NCBI GenBank assembly: GCA_965248535.1
Contig: CBDFJR010000002.1
Location: forward strand, 1,248,001-1,312,000
Source: Phormidesmis sp.
GTDB lineage: Bacteria; Cyanobacteriota; Cyanobacteriia; Leptolyngbyales; Leptolyngbyaceae
Length of the DNA stretch: 64,000 nucleotides
Direction of reading: 5' to 3'
Part shown: positions 40,748 to 51,245 of the stretch, piece after piece
Numbering within the stretch: the first letter of the stretch is position 1
Layout of the letters: every line of letters begins with the position of its first letter
Notes under the pieces: generated by a model
Databases searched by the model: none
What the model was told of the DNA's origin: nothing
The model's input: the letters and a program-made list of their open reading frames with translations, nothing else
Made by a program: the position numbers and the translations under genes

Positions 40748-40892
40748 CGTTAGGGGAGAGTGGCGACTCCGCTACTCTCCCTCGTGAAGCGGGGCGAAGC
40801 CCTCGCCTCGCCCTTGACCCCCACTTGCTCCATTTCGCACCTCGCTACGCTGGTACTGCATTGCGCGAAGGGGGGAATGCGGACGACCTTGT

Positions 40893-41963
40893 TCAACAAG
40901 CTTCCAGCAACTGCCCAGTCGATGATAGCGGGTGCCATAGGGTCAATTCGGGTAACGCCAAGCCAAACCCTTGCCCCAAGTCAACGCCCAACTCACGGCA
41001 AAACTCAATATCATTTGAGTCTTCTAAGCCTTCTGCTAAGACCACGATCTCCATCTCGTGGGCAAAATTCAGCAGACTTTTGATCATCACCTGCTTGAGA
41101 GCATAGCGACTACAGCCATGAACTAACCGCCGATCGAGCTTGATCACATCAGGGCGAAACTCCATGCAGTAATGGTCACTCGAAACGTTGCTGCCTAGGT
41201 CGTCGATCGCGAGACCAAACCCCCAAGCGCGAATCTGCTCGATCAGCCCCCGCAAAGCCGGGTAGCGCCCTAACGCCTCGATCTCGGTGAGTTCAAAAAC
41301 GATCTGTTCGGGACGCAAGCCCAAGTCTAAAACCTGCTGAAAGTTGCGCTCTAGGGAACGGGGGTCACGCCCGATCGCATTGGGCAATACATTCATAAAA
41401 AAAGTTGCCGAACTCTCGGCAGACCCGACTTTTGAAGCCAGTTGGGCCACCGCTTGAAGGCACGACGATCGGGCGAGATCGTCAAATTCACTGGTTAAGC
41501 TCATCGACAGAGCAGCATCGATCAATTGTTGACCGTTAAACTGTCCCTGGGCAGTTTTGGCCCGTGCTAAACACTCGTGGGCAACCACTTGCCCCGATGC
41601 CAGACTAAAAATTGGTTGATACTTAAAAAACAGGCGTTGTCTGGCCAAAACCTGCAAAAACCAGGCATTTTTGATCAGCAGAGTTGTGCTGCTTAAGAGT
41701 TGAGCATTCAAAAACTCGACCAACAGATCCCTCGACGCTAAAGACGAGCGAGTCACCAAAAATCGCACCGAGGACTGACTTGCCTCTGGGATTGCTTGAC
41801 TGATCTGAGAGAGCAGTTCTGAAGGCTGACTATCAATCACAACCAGGTAGAGAAGTTGGGGCACTAGAGCTACCTTCTCAAAGCCCAACCCATAGAGATA
41901 GGCTGCTGTGGCTTCACTACCGGGCTGAATAACCAGCTTCAACAAGTTATCTAACAGGTTCAT
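40893..41963 (-). CDS. EAL domain protein (c-di-GMP phosphodiesterase-like)
   Basis: YQPIF, HECLAR, FELTE, AIDDLG, IKLDR, AEGLE, GQGF. Confidence 0.9.
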   Translation of the reverse strand: MNLLDNLLKLVIQPGSEATAAYLYGLGFEKVALVPQLLYLVVIDSQPSELLSQISQAIPEASQSSVRFLVTRSSLASRDLLVEFLNAQLLSSTTLLIKNAWFLQVLARQRLFFKYQPIFSLASGQVVAHECLARAKTAQGQFNGQQLIDAALSMSLTSEFDDLARSSCLQAVAQLASKVGSAESSATFFMNVLPNAIGRDPRSLERNFQQVLDLGLRPEQIVFELTEIEALGRYPALRGLIEQIRAWGFGLAIDDLGSNVSSDHYCMEFRPDVIKLDRRLVHGCSRYALKQVMIKSLLNFAHEMEIVVLAEGLEDSNDIEFCRELGVDLGQGFGLALPELTLWHPLSSTGQLLEAC

Positions 41964-42344
41964 AGTCCGCACGATCACCAGCTTCCTTCTATCGCCAAGT
42001 TTACGAATTGTGCCTAAAAACTGGAGTTACTCAGCCTGCTGACTGGCGTGATTTAAATCACAAACGGGGGAAGAAAATCTAGACCACCCAACCCCTGTTT
42101 GTTGTAACCTACCACATTCACTACTGAGTTTTAAGCGAGTCAGCTAACTGATGAGGTTGGGTGTATTTAAATCATTGTCTATGAGGGCCACTAGCCCCCG
42201 ATTGTAAGAATTAAGAAGAAAGTCAGGGTTTCATCACAATTACTTGTTCCTTATCTAGAGCGAAGAGATCTTTGAGACTCTAGCGATCGTGTTTAATCGC
42301 TAAAGCAGGGTGGTATAACTCAAGTCTCATCCTCAATTCCTGTC

Positions 42345-43400
42345 ATGTCTGTTGTAACTAATCTTTCTCATCGAGACCTTGAAGACACAGTAGGCTCTTG
42401 GTCAAGCTTGCTCCAGCAATTGCTCGATCGTCAGTCACTCTCGCCAGCCCAAGCGACAGCCCTCATGCAAGGCTGGTTAGCAGAGGCGGTTCCCCCTGTT
42501 TTGTCGGGTGCCCTCTTGGTTGCCCTCCAGTCAAAAGGCGTTTCGGCAGCGGAATTGGCAGGAATGGCGCGAGTCTTGCAGGCGGCTCCAGGGGCGATTG
42601 CCACCACGCCATTGATTGACACCTGTGGCACCGGGGGCGATGGCGCATCGACGTTTAACATTTCGACCGCTGTGGCCTTTGTGGCGGCGGCGGCTGGCGT
42701 TCGGGTGGCAAAACATGGCAATCGATCGGCCTCCAGTCGAGTTGGGTCTGCTGACGTGCTCGAAGCGTTGGGCATTAATCTGGGTGCCCCATTTGAAAAG
42801 ATTCGCTCGGCGGTGGAAGCCGTGGGTATTACGTTTCTATTTGCTCCAGGCTGGCATCCTGCTTTAAAGGCGGTTGCCCCGATCCGGCAGATGCTGAAGG
42901 TGCGGACGGTGTTTAACTTGTTGGGGCCATTGGTAAACCCGCTGCGACCGAGCGGACAGGTGATCGGAGTGTTTGATGCAGGGCTGCTAGAGACGATCGC
43001 TCAGGCATTGAACGAACTGGGCACCCAGCGCGCGATCGTGCTTCACGGGCGAGAACGGTTAGATGAAGCTGGGCTAGGTGACCTGACTGATCTAGCGATC
43101 TTGTCCGATCGGCAAGTGCGCTTAACAACGATCGATCCCCAAGCCCTCGGACTCGCCCCTGCACCCCTAGAAGCCCTACGGGGCGGCGACGTGCAGACCA
43201 ATGCAGAAATTCTGCGCGCTGTCTTGCAAGGAAAAGGCACTCAAGCCCAACAGGATGTAGTCGCTCTGAATGCGGCCCTTGCCCTCCAAGTCGGAGAAGC
43301 CACCCCTGACTATGCTCAAGGACTGGCGATCGCCCAAGAAATCTTGTCTACTGGGGCAGCCTGGAACACCCTAGAACGCCTCATAAAATTTCTTCGCTAA
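42345..43400 (+). CDS. trpD: Anthranilate phosphoribosyltransferase
   Basis: [43 protein letters not shown]. Confidence 0.96.
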   Translation: MSVVTNLSHRDLEDTVGSWSSLLQQLLDRQSLSPAQATALMQGWLAEAVPPVLSGALLVALQSKGVSAAELAGMARVLQAAPGAIATTPLIDTCGTGGDGASTFNISTAVAFVAAAAGVRVAKHGNRSASSRVGSADVLEALGINLGAPFEKIRSAVEAVGITFLFAPGWHPALKAVAPIRQMLKVRTVFNLLGPLVNPLRPSGQVIGVFDAGLLETIAQALNELGTQRAIVLHGRERLDEAGLGDLTDLAILSDRQVRLTTIDPQALGLAPAPLEALRGGDVQTNAEILRAVLQGKGTQAQQDVVALNAALALQVGEATPDYAQGLAIAQEILSTGAAWNTLERLIKFLR

Positions 43401-43421
43401 GAATTACAAACTTAATCCAGC

Positions 43422-43446
43422 GTACGGGCATGGCACCGCCGTGCCC
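43422..43446 (+). repeat. REP-like palindrome
   Basis: GTACGGGCATGGCACCGCCGTGCCC between convergent genes. Confidence 0.7.
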
Positions 43447-43494
43447 ATTGACTTTGCTATGACAGACAAGATTCAACCCACGCCCCCAAAGCAA

Positions 43495-44349
43495 CTACCC
43501 CCCACACTGCTGAAACTCAACGGTTTCCTGCTTAATCGAGAGGTCACAGCTACCAAAAAAGTCGTGCCCCAGCAGTCTGACGGGCCCGATCGTCACGGGC
43601 ACATTGCGAATGATGCGAGTGCCAACCCGAATAGATTTGATCAGCCCCACCGCGACTTCTGTCTGTCCGGCAGGGGTCATGGCGGTGGTCGTGCCGACAA
43701 TTTTCGCCCCCAATTCTTGAGCCATGTCAGGAGTGATCATCGTGCCCGATGCGCCCGTGTCTACCATCATCTCAAACTGACGGCTGCCGTTAAACAACAC
43801 ATCAATCACCGGAATGCGACTCTGACGATATTTGATGCGAGCGCGATAGACTCCCCCTGATCCCCCTGCATTGGCCTCAGCCGCTGCGTCTACCAGAGGG
43901 GTATCGACCACGATTTTAGACTCTAGGGTTTCACCGCGATCTTTCCCCGTCCGATCGGCGCGATTTTGGGCTGCGTCTAGACCGCGCTGATATTCGGCGA
44001 GTTTTTGATCGGCCAGCTTTTTGTTGGGGTCTGTTTTCGGCACCTGTTTGAGCAGGCTGATCGCCTGTTGCCACCGACTGGCTACCAGCTTCCAATCGTC
44101 GGCTGACTGCACCGATTGACTCATGCTTTTAGCGCTTTGAGCTTTGTCGATCGCTAACTGATAAGCCTCATTGGGCGGCTCTTTTTCAGGTTTTGCAGCC
44201 GGGCTAGAAACTGCCGCTGCCGAGGCTTTTGGCTCTGGCGAAGAACGTCCTTGACTGAGACTATTAGCACGACTGCACGCTAAATTGCCGATCGCCAAAG
44301 CACCTGCCAACAACCATAAGGAAACGCTAGATCGAGATGACTTCAGCAT
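43495..44349 (-). CDS. Lipoprotein with C-terminal retropepsin-like aspartic protease domain
   Basis: Lipobox LAC; VDTGAS; LLGHDFF. Confidence 0.85.
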   Translation of the reverse strand: MLKSSRSSVSLWLLAGALAIGNLACSRANSLSQGRSSPEPKASAAAVSSPAAKPEKEPPNEAYQLAIDKAQSAKSMSQSVQSADDWKLVASRWQQAISLLKQVPKTDPNKKLADQKLAEYQRGLDAAQNRADRTGKDRGETLESKIVVDTPLVDAAAEANAGGSGGVYRARIKYRQSRIPVIDVLFNGSRQFEMMVDTGASGTMITPDMAQELGAKIVGTTTAMTPAGQTEVAVGLIKSIRVGTRIIRNVPVTIGPVRLLGHDFFGSCDLSIKQETVEFQQCGG

Positions 44350-44569
44350 GAGTTGAGTGATTAAACAATGAAATGGACGATCGCGATCCTAGACTTCGGA
44401 TTATGAATTCACAGGATTGAATCCACCGTCTTAACATGCCCTGATGCTGGGATGGATGAATCCACTATCTCCGATCTGAACAAAAGCTTGGCAAAAGTGA
44501 TCAAGAACAGCGCAAGCAAAAAGACTCGTGCGATAATGCCAAAGATCTTTTGCTCACTCTTCTTAACCT

Positions 44570-45715
44570 ATGGCTCTCTCCGCTGCTCAACCCGCTCTAC
44601 TCGTGCTGGCAGATGGCACGGTCTATCAAGGTTTTTCGTTTGGTGCGTCTGGAACCACGATCGGAGAAGTCGTCTTCAATACGGGCATGACTGGCTATCA
44701 AGAAGTCCTGACTGACCCCAGCTATCGCGGGCAGATTGTGACATTTACCTACCCTGAGTTGGGAAACACGGGAGTCAACCCAGACGATGACGAATCGGCG
44801 GCTCCTCAGGTGCGAGGCGCGATCGCCCGCAACGTCTGCGATCGCCCCAGCAATTGGCGCTCAACTCAGTCGCTGTCAGACTATCTCAAGCACCACAACG
44901 TCATCGGCATCTATGGCATTGATACCCGCGCTCTGACGCGCAAAATTCGCTCGACGGGTGCCATGAACGGGGCGATTTCGACCGAAATTCTCGACTCTAG
45001 CGAGTTGCTAGAGCAGGTGCAAGACGCGCCCAGCATGACTGGGTTGAATCTAGTCAAGGAGGTAACGACTTCAAGCACCTATGAGTGGTCTGAGGTCACT
45101 TTGGCTGACTGGGAGTTTAGCCCCACTGTGACCCCGCCCGGTGGAGAGGTGTTTACAGTCGTAGCGATCGACTTTGGCATCAAGCGTAACATTCTGCGGC
45201 GGCTGGCTAGCTATGGGTGTCGAGTGGTGGTCGTTCCGGCTGATACGTCTGCTGAAGACATCCTCAAACACAACCCAGACGGCATCTTTTTATCTAATGG
45301 GCCGGGCGATCCCGCTGCCAATCTTGACGGCATTGAGACGACAAAAGCCCTACTTGCCTCTCAAAAGCCTGTGTTTGGCATCTGCATGGGGCACCAGATT
45401 TTAGGACTGTCGCTGGGGGCAGAGACGTTTAAGCTGAAATTTGGGCATCGTGGTCTCAACCAACCTGCCGGGTTGCGCGATCGCATTGAGATTACCAGCC
45501 AAAATCACGGCTTTGCGCTCTCTGCCGATTCTCTGCCCGACACCACGATCGAGGTGACTCACTTGAACTTGAACGATCGCACGATCGCCGGGCTGCGCCA
45601 CAAAACGCTGCCCATGTTTTCGGTGCAATATCACCCCGAAGCCAGCCCCGGGCCGCACGATGCCGACTATTTATTTGAGCAGTTTGTGACCGCGATGAAA
45701 GAACACAAAGTCTGA
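44570..45715 (+). CDS. carA: Carbamoyl-phosphate synthase small subunit
   Basis: [41 protein letters not shown]. Confidence 0.97.
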   Translation: MALSAAQPALLVLADGTVYQGFSFGASGTTIGEVVFNTGMTGYQEVLTDPSYRGQIVTFTYPELGNTGVNPDDDESAAPQVRGAIARNVCDRPSNWRSTQSLSDYLKHHNVIGIYGIDTRALTRKIRSTGAMNGAISTEILDSSELLEQVQDAPSMTGLNLVKEVTTSSTYEWSEVTLADWEFSPTVTPPGGEVFTVVAIDFGIKRNILRRLASYGCRVVVVPADTSAEDILKHNPDGIFLSNGPGDPAANLDGIETTKALLASQKPVFGICMGHQILGLSLGAETFKLKFGHRGLNQPAGLRDRIEITSQNHGFALSADSLPDTTIEVTHLNLNDRTIAGLRHKTLPMFSVQYHPEASPGPHDADYLFEQFVTAMKEHKV

Positions 45716-45840
45716 ATTCAGCCAACCCCTTCCGAACAGCCCCCTCAAACCTAATAACTTCCTCAAATTAGTAGTAAACTCCCTGCAAAGGGTGTATACT
45801 GAAGCCTCAAATTCTTGGATTTTGGAGCTAGGAGGGTTCT

Positions 45841-46209
45841 ATTCCTGAGCCACTGAACCTAACTGTAAGCTTGAGAGGCACTCGCGAAGTTAGGGATATT
45901 TACCAGCTATTTCGCCTCACGGGCCTACTAGATGCGTTTTCAGAGCCAACCTTCCGTAAGGTGCTCACGAAATGTATTGAAGAAGGGCCTAAAAACGTTA
46001 TTTTGGATCTCTCGACGATTGACTTTGTTGATAGTTCTGGTTTAGGAGCGCTTGTGCAAATTGCCAAGAAAGCTCAATCTGCGACCGGAACTCTCCAGAT
46101 TGTGACCAATCCCCGCGTGACTCAAACCGTTAAGTTAGTTCGCTTAGAAAAATTCTTGGCGCTTCAAACCTCTGTCGATGTAGCGATCGAAAACGTCAAG
46201 GCGGCCTGA
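45841..46209 (+). CDS. STAS-domain anti-sigma factor antagonist, probable ATT start
   Basis: LDLSTIDFVDSSGLGALV; GGAGG 5 nt before in-frame ATT (45841); in-frame TAG at 45829. Confidence 0.85.
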   Translation: MPEPLNLTVSLRGTREVRDIYQLFRLTGLLDAFSEPTFRKVLTKCIEEGPKNVILDLSTIDFVDSSGLGALVQIAKKAQSATGTLQIVTNPRVTQTVKLVRLEKFLALQTSVDVAIENVKAA

Positions 46210-46231
46210 GTCAGGCTGCTGCTCGTTCTCC

Positions 46232-46266
46232 TGCTATCCAGGCTTATCTGGGTAGCAGATCTTTTG
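46232..46266 (+). terminator. Intrinsic terminator after STAS gene
   Basis: ctgctatcca...tgggtagcag stem then ttttg. Confidence 0.55.
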
Positions 46267-46396
46267 TGTCATGATTAGATTTGTTCATCGAACTTGACTT
46301 GATCTAGCCGTCAACCCCCGATGAGTTTGCTAGGATCAAAACCAGTCGATGTCACTCAATTGCAAAACAGTGCCATTGGCAAGGTGAACCCAGCGT

Positions 46397-46882
46397 GTGA
46401 CCTCAGACGAGCCAAAAGCCTCAGATGGTTTAGACAGCAGTTTGGCAGATTTAATGCTAGACCAAGGCACCTCTGAACCTCTCTCATTTGCCCAAGTGCA
46501 GCGTCTGTCTCCGGCGGCCTTGGCTTATGTGGGAGACGCGGTTTACGAGCTTCACGTTCGACGCTGCTATCTGTTTCCACCCAAGCGCTTAGAGAATTAT
46601 CATCAACAAGTCGTTGCCCAAGTGCGGGCCGAAAGTCAGGCAAGGCATCTACGATCGCTTCAGCCCTACTTAACCAGCCACGAGCAAGCGCTTCTCAAGC
46701 GAGGTCGAAATGCGGTCTCGACTCGCCATAAGCGGGTTGATCCCGAAATCTACCAGCAAGCGACTAGTTTAGAAACCCTCGTCGGCTATCTTTACCTTAC
46801 CGACTCAACCCGTTTATTAGAATTGTTCAGCCATCTAGACTTTGAAACTCCCTTAGCCAACCCGCAGACGGCAGACGGCTAG
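46397..46882 (+). CDS. mrnC: Mini-ribonuclease III
   Basis: LAYVGDAVYEL, VRAESQA, KRGRN, YQQATSLETLVGYLY; upstream of rlmB. Confidence 0.9.
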   Translation: MTSDEPKASDGLDSSLADLMLDQGTSEPLSFAQVQRLSPAALAYVGDAVYELHVRRCYLFPPKRLENYHQQVVAQVRAESQARHLRSLQPYLTSHEQALLKRGRNAVSTRHKRVDPEIYQQATSLETLVGYLYLTDSTRLLELFSHLDFETPLANPQTADG

Positions 46883-46943
46883 GTTTCTCTAGCATTGGCC
46901 ACTCGCTCGACCGATCACTAAAGTTTGTCAGGAATTTAAACCT

Positions 46944-48431
46944 ATGTCTATCAAAAAACGCGATGCTGACGACCACGATCGGTCTAGCAGAGACTCTGTG
47001 AACAAGCCAAAACTTAAAGGCAAGCGCATCATCGCTGGAAGAAAAGGGCGGGCCTATACAAAGCCCGACTCAGACAGCGATCGTGGGCAAGATCGCCCAG
47101 CCAAGAAATTTGAGCGCAACGGAAAATTTAGACCCGAAAGACCCGCTCGCAGTGAAAACAGCCGACCAGAAGGGGGCTATCAGCGCCGCGAATACTCTTC
47201 AGACCGACGAGTTGATCGTCCTGAATCTCGCTCTGAAGGCGGCTATCAGCCCCGTGAGCAAGAGGGTGCAAAGCCAAAGCTGCGATTGGGTGAGCCTAAG
47301 CGATCGGACTTTAACCCTCGCGCCCCCAGACCTGACTTCAAATCCCGCGAACCCAGACGAGCGGACTCTAGATCTGACACGCCCAGACCCGACTTCAAAT
47401 CTCGCGAACCCAGACGAGCGGACTCTAGATCTGACGCACCCCGCCCCGATTTTAAATCTCGTGAACCTAGACGATCGGACAGTCCATCTAGTGCACCCAG
47501 ACGCAGCGATCGCGACACCGAGTTTAAGCAATCTGAACCCAGAACCGCAAAATGGTCTACCTATGGAGCAACCAAGTCTTCGTCCTATGGCGGAGAAGTT
47601 AAGCGATCGTTCTATGGGGCTGACCAAGTTGATCTGCCAGCGCCCGATGAAGAAGAAGGCACTGATCTAATTTATGGACGGCACACCGTTCTGGCGGCGC
47701 TTCAGGGCGATCGCTCTCTCAATCGGGTTTGGATCACGCCTCGCCTCCGCTATGATCCCCGCTTTCACACGCTGCTAACTGAGGCAAAAGCAAACGGCAC
47801 CGTGCTTGATGAAGTCGAACCCAATCGGCTTGACCAAATCACCCAGCGCGGCAACCATCAGGGCGTTGCGGCTCAAGTCGCCCCCTATGAATATGTCGAA
47901 ATGGGCGAACTGATTGAGCAAGCCAAGGCTAAGTCTGATCACCCCGTCATCGTCGTCGCCGACAGCATTACCGATCCCCACAATCTAGGCGCAATCATTC
48001 GCACGGCCGAAGCTCTGGGGGCGCAGGGACTTGTGATTCCTCAGCGGCGAGCGGTGGGAGTCACCTCCACCGTGGTGAAAGTGGCGGCGGGCGCGATCGA
48101 GAAGTTCTCAATCGCACGAGTCATCAACTTAACCCGTGCTCTCGAAGAGTTAAAAGAGGCAGGTTTCTGGATCTATGGCACCGCCGCTGAGTCTAGTCAA
48201 CCCATTCATACCGTTGATTTTGCCAAGGCAACTGTCTTGGTGATCGGGGCAGAAGGCGAAGGACTCAGCATGACGATGCAAAAAAGCTGTGATGTCTTGG
48301 TGTCCATTCCGCTGCAAGGCAACACGCCGAGCTTAAATGCCTCGGTTGCCGCAGGGATGGCGCTCTATGAAATCTATCGGCAGCGCTGGGCTAGCACAAT
48401 CCATCTAGATTTGTCAAAGAAGCCGATGTGA
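46944..48431 (+). CDS. rlmB: 23S rRNA (G2251-2'-O)-methyltransferase with long disordered N-terminus
   Basis: [34 protein letters not shown] (SPOUT). Confidence 0.93.
   Translation: MSIKKRDADDHDRSSRDSVNKPKLKGKRIIAGRKGRAYTKPDSDSDRGQDRPAKKFERNGKFRPERPARSENSRPEGGYQRREYSSDRRVDRPESRSEGGYQPREQEGAKPKLRLGEPKRSDFNPRAPRPDFKSREPRRADSRSDTPRPDFKSREPRRADSRSDAPRPDFKSREPRRSDSPSSAPRRSDRDTEFKQSEPRTAKWSTYGATKSSSYGGEVKRSFYGADQVDLPAPDEEEGTDLIYGRHTVLAALQGDRSLNRVWITPRLRYDPRFHTLLTEAKANGTVLDEVEPNRLDQITQRGNHQGVAAQVAPYEYVEMGELIEQAKAKSDHPVIVVADSITDPHNLGAIIRTAEALGAQGLVIPQRRAVGVTSTVVKVAAGAIEKFSIARVINLTRALEELKEAGFWIYGTAAESSQPIHTVDFAKATVLVIGAEGEGLSMTMQKSCDVLVSIPLQGNTPSLNASVAAGMALYEIYRQRWASTIHLDLSKKPM
47322..47500 (+). repeat. 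3 x 57-bp tandem repeat in rlmB ([15 protein letters not shown]..)
   Basis: Near-identical 19-codon units visible in DNA and protein. Confidence 0.9.
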
Positions 48432-48533
48432 TTGAAAAACAAGAGGTAACCCAGTATAAAGAAGCTTGGGTGTTTGAATCTGCGTAATCAAAATGCAGGC
48501 AATCTTTGGCATGGTTGTTTATCGACGAAGCCT

Positions 48534-48812
48534 ATGAATGAGTTGTTGACGGATTTTTTAAGCTTTCTAGGGCTTGCCTGGTGGGTCGAAATCACAACGG
48601 ATAGCCCTCGCTGTCTTTATTACTTTGGGCCGTTTTCTAGCGATAGAGAAGCTAAAGCTCACCAAGGGGGATACGTTCAAGATTTAGAGCAAGAAGGCGC
48701 ACGAACCATTGTGGTGAAAATCAAGCGCTGTAAGCCCAAAGACTTGACGGTTTATGACGAAAAGAGCGATCGAGACATCCAAAAAACTCAGATTTCACGG
48801 GTTTTCAAGTAG
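48534..48812 (+). CDS. DUF1816 domain protein
   Basis: WWVEI.T..P.C.YYFGPF...GYVQDL..EGA...KRCKP..LT. Confidence 0.85.
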   Translation: MNELLTDFLSFLGLAWWVEITTDSPRCLYYFGPFSSDREAKAHQGGYVQDLEQEGARTIVVKIKRCKPKDLTVYDEKSDRDIQKTQISRVFK

Positions 48813-48838
48813 TCAGGGTTCGGCAGTGAGGGACGGGT

Positions 48839-49702
48839 TCACCAGGGCTTATTCCTCTCTGCTTGGAAATCTCGAACGATTCCAGGATGGTTGACTAACC
48901 AGCGATCGATATCGGCCAAAATTTGGTCAGGAATCTCCCAGGGCAGCAAGTGAGCCGTATTGGGATAGCAGTGAGACTCGCAGTTTGGCAGCGATCGCTC
49001 CATTTCGCGACTAGAAGCCGCCGTGATATGCCGATCCCGCTCTCCAGATAACACTAGGCAAGGGCACTGAATTTGGTCAAGCTCAGAGAGGCGATTATAG
49101 CCCTGCTGAAGGGCGACATTGAGCGATCGGGTTGCGGCTCCTGACGTTTTGAGATAGGCATAGAGGGCTTCATTAGCCAAATATTTATAAGCTGCGGGCG
49201 TGTGAGTCTGAACGAGATGACGAAACAGCGATCGCTTGCCAAAGGTGTCAATATTCCACTGCCAGCCCGGATTGAGTCGATTTAAAATCGCTGCAATTCC
49301 GGTATAAATATTGTCCTGCCAGCTAATCGGCGGATGGTCTCCCCAGGGGCGTGCCGACGTAGCAACTAAAATCAAGCCGCTCACCCGTTCTGGAAATTTT
49401 AGCGCTAGCTCGACGGCTAAGATCCCCCCCAGAGACCACCCCAGAACTAGACAGCGAGAGATGTTGTAGCGATCGAGAACCGCTTCTAAGTCTGTTAGGT
49501 GATCGATCATCAAAAAATCTTTTTGCGTTTGGCTGTCGCCATAGCCCCGCAAGTCAGGCGCGATCGTCTGAAATCGCTGGGATAAATGCTGGGTAAACAC
49601 CGATAAACTCCGTCCGGCTCCGGGGTGCCCATGCAGACACAAAATCGGAAACCCTCTACCCTCAGCCAAAACGTTGAGTTTAACCGCTTGTGTAGTGTCC
49701 AT
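48839..49702 (-). CDS. Alpha/beta hydrolase
   Basis: LHGHPG, PDLRGYG, GWSLGG nucleophile elbow, AHL. Confidence 0.9.
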   Translation of the reverse strand: MDTTQAVKLNVLAEGRGFPILCLHGHPGAGRSLSVFTQHLSQRFQTIAPDLRGYGDSQTQKDFLMIDHLTDLEAVLDRYNISRCLVLGWSLGGILAVELALKFPERVSGLILVATSARPWGDHPPISWQDNIYTGIAAILNRLNPGWQWNIDTFGKRSLFRHLVQTHTPAAYKYLANEALYAYLKTSGAATRSLNVALQQGYNRLSELDQIQCPCLVLSGERDRHITAASSREMERSLPNCESHCYPNTAHLLPWEIPDQILADIDRWLVNHPGIVRDFQAERNKPW

Positions 49703-49878
49703 TCCAAATCTCCCTCAAAAGCAAATGGTTACGATCGTTTTGGCGCTAAATTTTGATGAATGGTTTTTGCCAAATGCCACCGTATCAACGGTATTCATCG
49801 TTTATCATAAGTTCACACGGGATTGAACCACAGTTCCATCCACGATCGACCCATTAGGAAAAGGACTCATTTTGAGCT

Positions 49879-50448
49879 ATGGCAGACCCAACAAACCAAA
49901 ACGAAGCTGGGGAAGTAGCTCCTAGCACCTCTTCGCCTGAAACCACCCCTATTCCCACGGCCAACGCACCTGATCCTACGGCGGTCAAGTCCAAGGCAGC
50001 CGCTACAACAGAGACTACTCCTAGCGAGGAAGCCATCAAGCCTGCCAAAGCCAAGAAAGAAAAAGCTCCTGCTCTCGAAGACAAACCTTTTAATGAATTT
50101 GTTCAGCAGGATTATCTCCCTGCTCTCAAACAAGGGCTTGCCAAGCTTGGCGTTCGAGATATCGATCTGTCCTTTGAGAAAAAGAAAATTTCTATCAAAG
50201 GCTATGAATCGAACGAGTCTTGGCAAATTATTGGGCAATGGCACGTCTCTAAACAGCCCAGACAATTTAATATTTACTTTTTTGACGAAACTATCAACGG
50301 TCTAAAAGGCTTCTCTTGTGCTGAAAGCACTGGCAGACCCAGCACGATGGAGTCTTTTTTAATTGACGAACGCAAAGTTACTTTAGACTTATTAATTTTT
50401 GGGGCAGTTCAGCGCCTAAATGGTCAGAAGTGGCTTGCTAAAAACTAG
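49879..50448 (+). CDS. ndhV: DUF2996 family protein (NDH-1 subunit NdhV-like)
   Basis: ALEDKPFNEF...YLPAL, ESFLIDERKVTLDLL, QRLNGQKWL. Confidence 0.72.
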   Translation: MADPTNQNEAGEVAPSTSSPETTPIPTANAPDPTAVKSKAAATTETTPSEEAIKPAKAKKEKAPALEDKPFNEFVQQDYLPALKQGLAKLGVRDIDLSFEKKKISIKGYESNESWQIIGQWHVSKQPRQFNIYFFDETINGLKGFSCAESTGRPSTMESFLIDERKVTLDLLIFGAVQRLNGQKWLAKN

Positions 50449-50490
50449 CGATCGGGCCCAATACAACCCGATATTCTCTAATTTGCGAGT

Positions 50491-50979
50491 CTAGAGTTCT
50501 TTAAATTCGTACACGACAACCCCGGTTTCTGGATGGTTGCCCACTTCAACATAGCCAGTTCTGACCATTCCTTGCAGGATCGCCTCGATCGTGGCAAACC
50601 CCAACCCCGTTGCCATCACTCCTTGGGTCACCGAAAGCCTGCCATTGCTTGCATTCGCCGCTTGCAGCAGTTGGATCAACACCTGACTCTGAGGAAGATG
50701 TAGAGGTGATCTTGACCCGTGCTGTCTCGATCGCGCCCTGAGTTCCGGACTCACTCAACGGCAAAACCTGAGGACGACTAGCCAGTTTTTTATTGTGGGT
50801 CTCAACCATGAACAGTGGGGAATAAACAGCAAGTCTGCTAGCTGCCCAACTCCAAACAGCCCACCGCTAAACAACCAGAGCAAGCCCGTCCAAATTTTGC
50901 CGTTGTAGAGGCGATGCAGTCCGGCTATCCCAAATAGTCCGCCTAGCCAAAGCACATAAGCAGTGCCAACTCTGTTCAT
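50491..50979 (-). pseudogene. TM2/NINE domain protein interrupted by two frameshifts
   Basis: GLHRLYNGK...DLLFIP in one frame, MVETHNKKL in another, LSVTQGVMATG...GVVVYEF back in the first frame after a stop. Confidence 0.7.
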
Positions 50980-51245
50980 CAGAAACTCCTGATAGGTTTG
51001 GAAACTCAGCCCGATCGCGCCGCACTCTGACGGCTAACGTTGTCTACGATCGCCCCGTCGGACTAAAGCCTCTGTTGCAACTCTTAACGAAAAGCCCTAT
51101 TTTCATACCCATCTGGCTTGGTAGACTGAAAAGCGTATTCAAAATAGACTCCTGTATCAGCATAACGCCCCGGCGTGTTGAGATGCCTTTGCATCAGCGC
51201 CCCACCTGTAGACGCAGAAGTTAGACACAAGAGCGGTTATTACTC

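Larger units (their letters stand above)
38507..40891 (-). mobile_element. IS200/IS605-family element (divergent tnpA/tnpB) with passenger ORFs
   Basis: tnpA plus tnpB remnant; matching subterminal hairpins (CCCCCACTTGC...GCGAAG at 38515-38542 and 40818-40875); right end ...GGATTCA; no CGATCG seen inside. Confidence 0.85.

Noticed and set aside
47083..47670. Alternative-frame and antisense ORFs over rlmB (and similar shadow ORFs throughout)
   Set aside because: Explained by overlap with well-supported genes and low-complexity repeats
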